A DNA stretch of 64,000 nucleotides from Acanthaster planci (Eukaryota), in contig NW_019091360.1 of NCBI RefSeq assembly GCF_001949145.1, positions 437,674 through 501,673 on the forward strand, given 5' to 3'. A model generated the notes under the pieces. That model did not search any database. It was not told the origin of the DNA and worked only from the letters and a program-made list of their open reading frames with translations. This document shows, in pieces, positions 23,445 through 35,992 of the stretch. The first letter of the stretch is position 1. The number at the start of each line of letters is the position of its first letter. The position numbers and the translations under genes are program-made.

Positions 23445-25957
23445 GCCAAATGTACCAAACTATGATATTACTCTGTGAAAGTAGTTTGGTCGTGTCCTCA
23501 ATCTATTATGTGATGTTGTCGAACCATTATGTGATGATTGTCAATCCATTATGTGACGTTCTAAATCCATCATGGGAAGTTCTCAAACCATTACATGATG
23601 TTATCAATCCATTACGTGAAGTTGTCAATCCATTATGTGAAGTTGTCAATCCATTATATGAAGTTGTCAATCCATTATGTGAAGTTGTCAATCCATTATG
23701 TGAAGTTGTCAATCCATTATGTGAAGTTGTCAATCCATTATATGAAGCNNNNNNNNNNNNNNNNNNNNNNNNNNNNNNNNNNNNNNNNNNNNNNNNNNNN
23801 NNNNNNNNNNNNNNNNNNNNNNNNNNNNNNNNNNNNNNNNNNNNNNNNNNNNNNNNNNNNNNNNNNNNNNNNNNNNNNNNNNNNNNNNNNNNNNNNNNNN
23901 NNNNNNNNNNNNNNNNNNNNNNNNNNNNNNNNNNNNNNNNNNNNNNNNNNNNNNNNNNNNNNNNNNNNNNNNNNNNNNNNNNNNNNNNNNNNNNNNNNNN
24001 NNNNNNNNNNNNNNNNNNNNNNNNNNNNNNNNNNNNNNNNNNNNNNNNNNNNNNNNNNNNNNNNNNNNNNNNNNNNNNNNNNNNNNNNNNNNNNNNNNNN
24101 NNNNNNNNNNNNNNNNNNNNNNNNNNNNNNNNNNNNNNNNNNNNNNNNNNNNNNNNNNNNNNNNNNNNNNNNNNNNNNNNNNNNNNNNNNNNNNNNNNNN
24201 NNNNNNNNNNNNNNNNNNNNNNNNNNNNNNNNNNNNNNNNNNNNNNNNNNNNNNNNNNNNNNNNNNNNNNNNNNNNNNNNNNNNNNNNNNNNNNNNNNNN
24301 NNNNCAATCCATTATGTGATGTTGTCAATCCATTATATGATGCTGTCAATCCATTATGTGACGTTCTCAATATGTAACTGCAGCCCCCGGTAACCTGTAG
24401 GTGCGCCCTCTGTTGAACTACTGGAGTTTACCTTTCCTAAAAGCACATTGTTGCAACAGCCGTTTTTGTTGCCTGATACATATTGGTCACCAAATCATCC
24501 AAAATGAATGAGCGATAAACATGTCCTTCCTGTTTGTTTGAAGGCCTTAATCTCAGAGGAAGCATGGAGGTATTGTTTAATAATGAGAATGACTGATTTG
24601 ATAAGTTTGTAGTGTTTTTAGAGCTTTAGTCTTGGATTAGTTTTTTCATAAGAAAACACTTGATTTTTATACATGCTAATTCTTGCCTTGTTACACGTAT
24701 ATTGAACAATGCATGTGTACTTAGATTTATTGCAGTTTTCAGGGAGCCTTGCTAGTTAATGTAGTACTCTACTCGTCTCTCTGGAGCCGCGTAACCCATA
24801 CTGCGAAGACTAAGCTTTGTTGGAGATAATCATTTGAACTTGCGTATACCGAATCTCTGTCTAGAGATTTCTTACAATGGTCACTACTAATCTGGAAGTG
24901 AAAGATGCTTCTGTCGAGACCCTTGTTTTGTTTTTTTTTGCGTCTGCAACTTGAAATTACAATCAATCTATTATGTGAAGTCGTCAATTCATTGTGTGAA
25001 GTTGTCAAATCATTATGTAAAGTTCTTAATCCATTACATGAAGTTCTCAATCCATTATGTGATGTTGTCGAACCATTATGTGATTGTCAAACTTTTACGT
25101 GAAGTAGTGAATCCATTATGAGAAGTTGTCAGCGACATGTTCATGTCTTGTATTGTCCTATGTTATAATATGTATGTCTGTCAATAGGTTAGGGTACAAA
25201 ATCAAATCTATGCTTCACCCTTTCCCTAAATGTTGTTCTTTAACGTGTTAATGTGAGTTAATGTGAATTTCAAATATAATTTCCATTGCCCAAAGAAAAT
25301 TGTATAATACATCATACTAATTTTAATATACCCGCGGAATGAGGTGAATATAAAAGGTTATGCAGCTTCTCTTAACGGGCGCTGTGCATTAGCTGTTTAA
25401 CACTAGGCCTAATACATATTATTATTTAGCACATTGTACGTTTCATTACTTTTAAAATAATTACTACCAATTAATATTAAAGTCACTTACGTTTTCTCTA
25501 ACAAACTCCGGTATCAGGTGTGACAAACCCAAACTGTTCAAGATGGGATCCGTGATGGTCGAGACACCACTTGACAACTAACTCAGAACTAAAGTGACCA
25601 CAGCCCGCACTGACCAAACTTAGAAACATCCCACACATAACGTCTCGTAATTTGACACCGTCAATAGAACATGATCGCTCGGGAGAACTGACCACACGAC
25701 TTACAATGCTTTGACTACACTACATAATTCGCTGACAACTTCACATAATGGATTCACTACTTCACATAATTCCACACGGGCTATTTTTAGAGATAGTTCA
25801 TTGCATGACACATTGAGAACGTCACATAATGGTTGAGAACTTCACATAATGGTTCGACATCACATAATCGATTGAGAACTTCACATAATTGATTGAGGAC
25901 ACGATCAAACTACTTTCATAGAGTAAAATCATATTTTTGGTACATTTGGCGTTCCAT
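23445..25957. mobile_element. Foldback-type TIR element with 21-bp tandem subrepeats
   Basis: About 65-bp inverted ends (23445-23512 / 25881-25950); unit gtcaatccattatgtgaagtt on + at 23500-23748, 24305-24370 and 24960-25130, and inverted at 25730-25890. Confidence 0.8.
23749..24304. other. Assembly gap inside 21-bp minisatellite
   Basis: Run of N. Confidence 1.
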
Positions 25958-26473
25958 ATTTTACATGCTCGCTTCTTTCGCTCCTTGTTCCAATGCATCG
26001 ACCGCGGCCATAATCAATGGTGACAATACTGGTACTTTAGCACCAGCGCCGAGTTACTACTACATGTACATTATATCGCGAGATAGGTCATGTGATGCAG
26101 GTCATGATCCATATTCATCACATAAAGATTCAACTTGAATTTCCCGGCCGCTGATTGGTTCCTCCAGAAATCCAGAGAAAACTAAAGAAAAAGATAAACA
26201 TTTTGTAGGAGATTCCCAAGCTAAGACGGTAGAATGAGCTGTCAATTGAAGTCACGAGAGGGCGCAGTGGAAATCGGCGAGCTCGACTGGGGCTCCATCG
26301 AGTCTGCTATTGAGTCTGCTATTGAGTTCTGCCGTCTTGGCCCAAGACGAGTGAACAGCCGGCCTAGCACTGCTGGCTCATTATGGACGACAAACACGAC
26401 CGACTAATGACTTGATTTTCAAGTCTGGGTGAAAAGTTAACTGAACGCACACGGGGCTATACATGTACTGTAC

Positions 26474-27560
26474 ATTATTATTATTATTTTATTCATGCCA
26501 ACAATGTGCACCACAAAGGGATGGGATAGGAAAGACAAAAGTAATACAATCACTGTGGTCAAAAGATCTGTCTCCCCACATCCACATCCACATTTTTTTG
26601 TGATATGTAGGTACAAATATAATACATGAGTAAAAAAAAAGAGCGAAAGAAAGCCAACAATTAAGAATTATTAAAAGACGGCAATAATCAATCATTAATA
26701 AGGACAAAAAACACACAAATTTCTGAACAATAACCGAGTAAAAAAATAGATGGCGTTTCCCAATTTAAAATTGAACAATCATAGCATAGTAAATTAAACA
26801 TTAAAACAAAATAACGCGACATGAGATAAACGAGTATATAAATATATGTATAATGAAAACAAGGGAAAAGTACTGCGATTGACTGTGAAGAATTATTATT
26901 ACAGCTAAAATTGTATTACTTACGGCAATACCTCGATACTTGAGAAAATGTATGGATTCTAGCGTTAAGAGATACATGTGTATATATGAATGGGCAACAT
27001 GCTACAGTTGATTAATCCGGATAGAAAACACTCTTTTTAAGCAACATAAGAAAACTTGAGAAGGGCTGCAAAATAATGGCATTACGAATATATTCAGGGA
27101 GAACAGACCATAAACGAGGAAACAGATGAAAACAGGATAAGTGTAATAGTTGAGTTCTGGCTTGAAGATGATTAAAACTAACAACATCTAAATGTCTACA
27201 ATTTACTTTTGCGCTGTGACTACACAATTCATTATTGACAAGATTAAACAAACACTTGGATACAAAAGACAACACTGCAAAATTACGCCGATTGGATAAG
27301 GTGGGCCAGTTGAGAGTATCCAGTCTTTCTTCATACATGTATGTCATAACCCCACGTTTCTGACCCAATATAAACCGAGTGGCCTGACGCTGAATGTTTT
27401 GCAGACGATCTTCTCAGCTTGTTTTTGTTATGTGGCAACCAGGCGGGAACGCCATACTCTAGGATAGCAAGTAGGACGGGCCTTATAAAGGCACCATTTG
27501 GCAGGAACTGAGGCATTGAAAGCCATAGTATTAATGAGGCCAAGCATACTGTTAGCAGAT
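26474..27560 (-). mobile_element. 5'-truncated CR1/L2-group LINE
   Basis: LEYGVPAWLPH, YEERLDTLNWPTLSNRR, FPRLWSVLP; 3' end aataaa plus (taa)n at 26474-26495. Confidence 0.8.
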
Positions 27561-28292
27561 GAACTTAAATTTTAATGTGGTCATTCCAGGACAGTTGAGC
27601 ACGACAAGTCAAAACATTTTGCCAGCTGATCAGAGTAATGGGAGATCAAATTCACCTTTGCTTTGCTTTACTGATTGTAATTATTTTTTTCAAATGATTA
27701 ACGCTATGGGCTTTATATCTGGTCTGAGGAGCTCCGACCAGAATCAAAGGTGTACGGGACATTCCACGTGATTACTTGTCCTTTCAGGTTCATCTCAGAT
27801 TTGACCATTGCATTATGGGAAGATTAGAGTAGCTTCAATATCACCCCGAGAGCTGGTTTTGCAGTAAAAATGGATGAAACCTGTAACAATATGTGATATG
27901 CACTATATTAACCGTGCACCTTCTAGCCAACAGAGGGCGCTGTTCAGAAAGTACTTTGCACTTTTACCCCTTTGTGAAACATGGCTGCTTCCAGAAACTT
28001 CTAAGTCAAGTGTCAAACTTGTGCGATTCTTTGTGCCATATACCCACGCGTGAAACAAACCGAAGAAAGTCAGCCCAAAATATAGAAACCAATCCCAAAA
28101 ATTGAATACGCTTTCCTTTTTTTTCTGAAGGATAATACAGTTTCTCTGTTGCCACTGAATGCGGCACTGTTTTGTGCGCAATGGCAATCTTTATTCTGTA
28201 AACAAATGGAGAAATTAAACATCTTCTGCTAAACTTCAGGACAATAACTACCAGAAAGAGGACAAGCAGACGGAATTGGTGATTGGACCTTT

Positions 28293-29738
28293 CTAATTTC
28301 TGTTTCCCCGGCGTCTGGGGGGAGCTCTTTTGGCCGAGAAAAAATGGGGGAATTTCAGGCCCTCCTTCAGTTCTTATTGGACGGAATAGTCAATAAGCCC
28401 ATCCGAGAGACATAATGTTTATTCCTCTGATCTTTGGCTATAATCGCTACTGTTTTGACAACTTCCACAGACGAAAGTGCTCATTTTCTCCGCCTGTAAA
28501 TAAACAAGCACTAAAAGAAAAAAAGAACAGGGCGCCGCCATCTTGTCTTTACAGGTTGCACTACACCAAGGGTGCATTCCACCAAATTACTGTATTTCTT
28601 CGCGCGAGCTTATTAATATTTTGTGATCCCATGTTTTTTTTTACAATAACACATGCCATAATCAGGAGGCATCATAGAAATATTGCTATAAATCCTGAAT
28701 TTGGGACTGATAGTTTCTAGTTCGGGGTTCTTTCACAAAAAGCCTCAAATTGCGAGCCTAATTTAATAAATTGCGACAGTCGGCTACATTCAGAAATGAG
28801 CGCTTAGTTTTACTGCTATTTCGGGGGTATCTTCCTTGAAAGGCGAATAAAAAGAATTCGCGGCTAACCCCCATGAAATTGAAACAAAAAGTGATCTTCT
28901 GACCATAATCTTGAATTTCCAGTGAAAAAAGGAGGCCAACCTCGTCACAAGAGTCAACAGGCGGCGCTATTTCGGTCCAATTTTGCACTGTCTTCTGTGG
29001 GCACGTATTTGGTGTAGTGCAACCTGAAAAGACAAGATGGCGACACCCATGGCAACAGATCAAAAGGGGGTATCCTGTTCTTTTTTTTAGTGCTTTTTTA
29101 TTTATAGGCGGAAAAAATGAGCAGTTTTGTCTTTGGGAGTTGTCAAAACAGTAATGATTATAGCCAAAGATCAGAGGAACGACATCGTGTCTCTTGGAGG
29201 GGCGTATTGACTATTCTGACCTGTGGAAGAGGGCTTGAAATTCCCCCATTTTTTCATTCAAAAAAGATCCCCTCGGACACCGGGGAAACAGAAATTAGAT
29301 TTGGTGCAGTGCAACCCCAAATACGCACCCATAGAAAACAATGCAAAATCGGACCGAAATAGCGCCACCTGATGACTGTCGCTGAGAGGTTGGCCTCCGT
29401 TTTGTCACTGGAAATTCTAGACTATCACATTTCGTTTCAATTTCATGGGGGTTAGTCACGAATTTTTTTCTTTCAAGGAAGATACCCCCCAAATAGCAGT
29501 AAAATTAGTGCTCATTTTTAATGTAGCCGCCCGCAACAATCCAAATTAGCCCCGCAATTTGGGGCTTTTGTGAAAGAAATACCCGAACTGGTAACTTGGG
29601 AATCAGTCCCAAATTCGCCATTTAAAGCAATATTTCTATGATCCCTCCTGATTATGGTCTGTCTTATTGTAAAATCCCATGGGATCACAAATATTAATGA
29701 GCTCGCGCACAAATACAACGATTTGGTCGAATGCACTC
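28293..29738. repeat. Interleaved inverted repeats X-Y-X'-Y'
   Basis: 28293-28569 inverted at 29009-29298; 28571-29012 inverted at 29317-29737. Confidence 0.8.
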
Positions 29739-31009
29739 ATCAGTCCTTATGTGCATGCCTTCGGTCATGCCACTTTAAGTGTAATCATAATATGTAAATA
29801 AAGTAAGTGTAAAGAGAAGGGAGGACATTGGGTAAGACTGGATATCAAATGATGCGACGAGTGACTCCCATCTTGAGGTTCTTTGAATGTGCCGTTTAAT
29901 AACAGGGAGCACGTAGCCTCTCCCCAAGAAAAATCCTCAACATGCTTAAACAGTCATCCGATTAGGTGTGAAGCTTGAGTTCTGTGTTTGCTTACACCCA
30001 GTGATGGCACAGCCTGGCTACCGTAGCTAGATGAACATCAAGAACCAGTTTCACAAATCAGGTTCAATACAGCGAAACTGCCGAAAATGATTCAAAAATT
30101 ACTCGGTTAGGACGAGCACGTCTTTGGCAGGGCTGGCAAAAATGGCAGCTTGGTGGGCCAACAATCAAGTGATCAACATTAATTAATATTTTACAACTTT
30201 ATCATGACCTAGGCCACACATTACCAAGGAATCAGGGCCAAAACTATCACTAAATTTAGTTATTTTTTTATATGAACAAATTGCTGATTCTGCACAGTCA
30301 CACGGAAAATTCATGCACCAACAGTTGTCATGGAAACGCTTGCATGTCTTCACAACACGCTCCAACTCGACGGAAGCCTACCACTGAGAACCAGCTTACA
30401 CAATACGCCCATTACATAAATAAAGTAATCAGAATGTAGCACAGAGTCGAGTCAAGAAGGATCTTCATCCTTCCCCCATCCGAACCTAGTAATGGTCAAC
30501 CCGACCGTTAAAGTGCAGCCTGAAAAATAACAGATTTCCCGTAGCCTGTTGGCAAATTCCCGAAAACGTCGTTACCCCGCCAAGGCTTGTCGCTGCCCGG
30601 CACGAAAATCACCCAACATTCATTTATCTGCAGCGGATTTCAAGCAACAAGACAACTCGTCGTGCTGCGGTCGTTTCGGAAGGTCTGCCATTTTACATGG
30701 TTATCATGCACGCCAGTTGATGCATTATGCACTTGTATACTTAGCTGAGATATGTCACATCGCACTCATCGCACGCTTGCATCTATTCATATTCGCATAG
30801 ACGTAGGGCTAGGGCGCTAGAAACCTAGCGCAAAGTAAATAAAAACATAAGCTTCCGCGGACGGTTGCACTAAGGGTACAGTGTCCCAATTCAAGGAAAA
30901 TTCTCCACCAGGCCTAGTACCCCCAGTGATTGTTTCGAAAAGAGGGGTCTGTTTCGGCCAAGAAATGGTGGGATTGTGTCAGTGTGGCCCAGGATCATCT
31001 CTGTAGATT

Positions 31010-31158
31010 NNNNNNNNNNNNNNNNNNNNNNNNNNNNNNNNNNNNNNNNNNNNNNNNNNNNNNNNNNNNNNNNNNNNNNNNNNNNNNNNNNNNNNNNNNN
31101 NNNNNNNNNNNNNNNNNNNNNNNNNNNNNNNNNNNNNNNNNNNNNNNNNNNNNNNNNN
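31010..31158. other. Assembly gap
   Basis: Run of N. Confidence 1.
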
Positions 31159-31283
31159 CTGGTTCAGCTGATTTCCATATTTCGCAAGCCGCGTGAGGTC
31201 GCTCTTCGCCCTGATTTTGCAATGAAAGTACAAATAAGTAAGCGAGCGGCAGGTTCGCGCTGCGCTGCGACGAATGCCTTCAC

Positions 31284-34200
31284 CAAAGATTGTATAGCGC
31301 CGCGCAGCGGCGCAAGACGGGCAACTCTCCACTGAAACGCGTAATCGGTACGGACGCCATTTTGGTGTGATATTGCGCCACAGTATAATGCGCGCCAAGT
31401 ACAAAAAATGTACATGCACACTGTACGTTTCTAGTTTCTGGGCGGCGCTCTGTGTACGAATGGATCGCGAAGCACAATGTCGTCGACGTGTGCAGCCATC
31501 AACCATTTTTTTTCTCCTCCAGGTCTATGCATCAACAGCAAAAGCAGGTTCAAGAAAAGCTCGGAACTATCATTCTTATATTTTCCCAAGAACAAAGAAA
31601 GGCGAGTAGTAATTTTAATAGTGCAAAGTGAAATTTACCAAAAAATAGGCATACAATCGCGGCAAAAATCAACACGTAGCTTAAGCTAGATTGAACCCCT
31701 AAATTAATGACGTTCATATTTGTAATGAACCTCTGACCCGTGAATACATGTACATTGTAATTGGCTTAACATTCTACAAAGGCATAAGCTACAAATATTT
31801 ACTGGCATATTGGACAAAGGATGAAAACCACACCACCTTCTTTAGGAGTTTTACAAAGTTTTCTTTATTTCACTGACAGTATGGACAGTTAAAACAACAA
31901 AAGCACAGAAACTGCACAGTTTGTAAATTCAGACTTGTTGCCCTAAAGAAAAAAAAATTGAATTTTACTATGTGCTTACATTTTATTTGATGTTTCCATT
32001 TCATTACAGATGCCAATTCTAGGTTAAAACACCCACAGGACGGATCTTCTGAAGAGAACCCAATGGTGTCTCTACACAAACCTCTGCCTGTGTTCCAGTT
32101 ATTTTGAACCCAGCCAGTTACCAATGACCTCCAAACAAGCTGAAATGGAATGAAGTGCCCACAATGTTTGAGGTCCCAAACCCACCAAAACTTGTGACAC
32201 CTCAACGATAAAAAAGAGGATGCTAAAGGAAGCTTGAGCCAGATGGGACATAAAAAAGTCCACTAAAACTGACCAAAAGAAAATAAATATCTACAGATAT
32301 ACGTACATGTATCATATATATGTGTATATACAATTAAAACTGCCTATCAATCTTTGTCTGTACAGTCAAGTTCATCAGTGACTTTGTCATCACACGCACA
32401 CATTACACGTGCCCATTGGCTGAACGCTGAATTGGAGTTAAAGTTAATGCGCAATATGGGGGTTCAGCCAATGGGTGCTTGATTTATATGTGCATATATG
32501 TATTCTTTGACTAAAAAAAGGTTCCACGCGATCATAGTAGATGGTCCCTTAACTGAAGATGGCATTCATCATAGGAAAACCGAAAAGCTCTACTCAAGGA
32601 ATGAGTCAAAACATCTCGACTGAGAGAGAAAGTGCAACAGCTTCAGAACATCCTCTCATGTATTACCACTCCAGCTGAAATCACGAGCAACCTCATCAAA
32701 GGTGCTACTCGGTACCATGGATGAACCAGCTGTTTTTCTTTGCTTCTCAAATTGACAAATACACAACTCATCGAGGTGTGTAAATGTTAGAGGTAGAAGA
32801 TGGTGTTATGCAAAGAAATTGCCTTGTCTCTTGATTCCGAAATTGATTGTATGCGACCATGGATGCAGTAATGTGAAACTGTACAATACACTTGCAATTT
32901 AAGAGGAAAACCATACTTCTTGCTTGATGAAAAAAAGGTCTTTTGCATGTTTGATCAGCCTCATTTCCTTAACTAAGAATACAAGATCAAACGTACATAG
33001 CTACCTTTTTAGATACATGTATTCAGAAGGGGTGACTGGACATGTAAAATGGTCCTACATTTGATTTTATGGGGAGTGTGATTCACAAATACCCATTCGT
33101 ATGGCATCTAAACTTTAATGAGGTCCCTTTGACAACTTCTCAAAAATTGAGAGTGAATAAAGCAGCACAGGTCTTGAGTCATACCGTTGCAGCAGGCATC
33201 TACACTTGTACTTCTCATGGGAAGCTCCCTGCTGAAGCTGCCTACTACACTTTAGAGTTCATCGAGAAAATCGATAACTTGTTTGATGCATTTAACAGCA
33301 GGACCTGAAATGAGAAGCAGGTTTTGAAGAGCCTATATCAGAAAGAAAAACCACACATCGTTTTTAAGTACTACTATACCAAGGCTTAAAAGTTTGGAAA
33401 TTGTTGGATCTAAAAATGGTCTGTGTATTAAAGGTATGGATTTTGAATATTTCTTCCCTTCTCCAGCTTTGAAATGATATGAGAACACATGATAGTGTGA
33501 AATTTCTTTAACAGGTAGATTCAACCACGATGTAGTTGAAAACCTTTTTTAACAATAAAGCGGAAGTGTGGGTTTCGTGACAACCCAACTACATCCCAGG
33601 TTAGGTTTGGTGTGTAGCAGGCTCTGATAGATTTCTGCTAACATTGAGCTCTCTTTCACAGAGAATAGGGTCCCAACAACACCATCACAAAGTGACATAG
33701 CTGGTTACCAGTAAAAGCCACGTTATCGACAGAAATGTTCCCTCATTGTATCAATACTGGGTGTGGATTAAGTTAACTCATTCCCTCATTCATATTTTAC
33801 TTCTTTTTTTTTATGTAGTTCAGGCTGCCCTTTTCGGAAGAACACAAATTTCCTTTTTTTGCAGGATTTCCTCAGGACAACACCTCTTGCAATTTTAGGG
33901 TAAATAGCTTGGGCTTAGGCATCTTTCTGTCACATTTGAGCAAAACACTGAATATGGCTTTTGTATCGACTGGAATCTTTATACAGATTTTTTTCTAATG
34001 ATTTGTTTAAAGCTACAACATCTGTACAGAGAGTAATACAAATCTTTTCAAGAAAAATAATTACATTCCTGTTGTCATTTGTAGACCGATCAATGATCTT
34101 CTGCAAAGTTGTTTTTAACAGATTAGAAATTTTCTGAATGAAAAAAGCGAACACAGAAATGGTACACTTACAAACAAAATTCTTATGTGTGTGTTAACCC

Positions 34201-35103
34201 TTCAGAGCAGGGTGTAAAACTGGAAAACAGGTTGAAGATTTTTTTCTCTTGACAAATTCTACTCTAAAAATAGTTATGTGAATATACAGTACTTAGTGCT
34301 AATGGACATGCATGACAGATGTTGACAGTGGCCACGTAACGTTACAGGTACAAATTTATATTCTGGTATACATCTTGTACGCCTAAGCCTATATGAATAT
34401 TCATGTGTGAATAACCACTGTTTGCCAAGAAAAAAATGAAAGATGTACACAAGCCAAAAGTTCAGGTGTTGTGGTAAAAGGTCATGGTCCATCTTCATTT
34501 AACATTATATTACTGTGGCAAAACACAACTGTTCTTTTAAATTAAAGTTTTATCTCTTCCCAGAAACTTTAACCTTCTGATATTCAAGACATCATTTTTG
34601 CTCAGAGGTGTCAAGAAGTATAAGAACTCCACTTTTTGAGGGTAATTTAGTCAACAGTTTGGGGGGGGGTGAGTGACTTAAGTTGTAATGAAACGTGCCG
34701 TGGGATATCTGCCCCCAGGCGGCCAACGTACGAGAAACATGTATGTAGGGCCTAGGCCACAACTTCTTGTGTTTAAGATTGCTGCACGATCCGATGGCCG
34801 CAACCCAGAGAATGTAACCACACAGAACACACCAAAATTCTCCGATTTCATCTCCAACGGTTTTAAGTTATGATATTACACATTTGTATTTATGATAAAT
34901 ATAAGTTTCAATCTTAATTGGAGGTAAATATTTACCTTACTGCCCCTTTTTCGTGGATAGAGCCTCCTGCCGCCATATGTCGCTTGTACAAACAGATCGC
35001 AATTTGCACACCAAAATGGCGGATCTTGACCTCCATGAAATTAACACATGCGGGATGGTCAGTTCCCCATCTTGCGCTGCTGCGCGGCGCTATACAATCT
35101 TTG
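31284..35103 (+). mobile_element. P-element/THAP9-like DNA transposon, transposase decayed
   Basis: 43-bp TIRs caaagattgtatagcgccgcgcagc...; 8-bp flanks gccttcac/accttgac; split THAP domain (MSSTCAAIN..FPKNKER|C...LCSSYFE..VPTMFEVPNPP); FDQPH, KLRVNKAAQVLSHTVAAG..IDNLFDAFNS, TGRFNHDVVENLF, GFRDNP. Confidence 0.88.
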
Positions 35104-35111
35104 ACCTTGAC

Positions 35112-35600
35112 CAAGGCTAGCATTCTGCAGGTGCTTACTGTCAGTGTTACGAGGTGTGGTCAACCCTGCAGTCCCCAAGGCCTTGCCGCTTGAGTGGATG
35201 TGGAAGGTCAACTTTCGGTGCCCTTTTGACCCCTCACCCCTTTTATTGCTGCCACAACTTCAGAGTGCTGGAAAGAACCCAAGGGCTCTCTGGGACCTAA
35301 TCCTCAAGCTGGGAAATTTCCGATATCATAAAGGTACATTGTGATCATCATGTTAGTGATCTCACTTCCGAAGGCGTTAATGTAAAGGGCAAATTAAAAT
35401 TGCATTCTGAATTTTGGGCTCGTACCAATGCCCCTAACATGATGATGTCTATCAAGGATGGCCTTGAGGTTTGGTTTTCTGAAAAGCCCCTGTCTTATTT
35501 TCTTCCTGAAAGCGCTTCGCTATTTCATCACCACAAATTTGTCACAGATTCCATCTTGGAATTAGGATGTAGGTTTGCAGGTACACCATGTAATATTCTC
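35112..35600 (+). mobile_element. DIRS/Ngaro-like gag-RT junction fragment
   Basis: VKGKLKLHSEFWARTNAP..SIKDG...HKFVTDSILEL resembles the N-terminus of Ngaro/DIRS RT. Confidence 0.55.
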
Positions 35601-35643
35601 TTTTGGGAAGAGGTGTGGTTCTAAAAAGAACCGGTGAGTGTTT

Positions 35644-35680
35644 GACGTTTCGGCCAGTATGCTCTGGCCATCCTCAGGGG
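35644..35680 (-). ncRNA. Minimal type I hammerhead ribozyme core (PLE type)
   Basis: CUGAGGA-U-GGCCAG-agcaua-CUGGCC-GAAAC-GUC; stem I pairing is poor. Confidence 0.6.
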
Positions 35681-35985
35681 AATGTGTTGAGGGGGGTACA
35701 CATTCCCCTGAGGACGGCAGAGCATACTGGCCATCCTCAGGGGAATGTGTTGAGGGGGGTACACATTCCCCTGAGGACGGCAGAGCATACTGGCCATCCT
35801 CAGGGGAATGTGTTGAGGGGGGTACACATTCCCCTGAGGACGGCAGAGCATACTGGCCGTCCTCAGGGGAATGTGTTGAGGGGGGTACACATTCCCCTGA
35901 GGACGGCAGAGCATACTGGCCGTCCTCAGGGGAATGTGTTGAGGGGGGTACACATTCCCCTGAGGACGGCAGAGCATACTGGCCG
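35664..35985. repeat. 5 x 63-bp tandem repeat, each unit a 21-bp hairpin
   Basis: Units start at 35664, 35727, 35790, 35853, 35916; identical except a/g at unit position 7 (a,a,a,g,g). Confidence 0.97.
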
Positions 35986-35992
35986 AAACGTC
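35957..35992 (+). ncRNA. Minimal type I hammerhead ribozyme core (PLE type)
   Basis: CUGAGGA-C-GGCAG-agcaua-CUGGCC-GAAAC-GUC; stem I pairing is poor. Confidence 0.55.

Noticed and set aside
23411..24377. Long ORFs of 210-302 aa
   Set aside because: They run through the N gap and the 21-bp minisatellite; the same applies to ORFs over the gaps at 31010 and 40125.
29850..30030. SINE core fragment
   Set aside because: Too degenerate; no recognisable A/B boxes.
35664..35985. CRISPR array
   Set aside because: Repeats are directly tandem with no unique spacers, the context is eukaryotic, and no cas genes are present.
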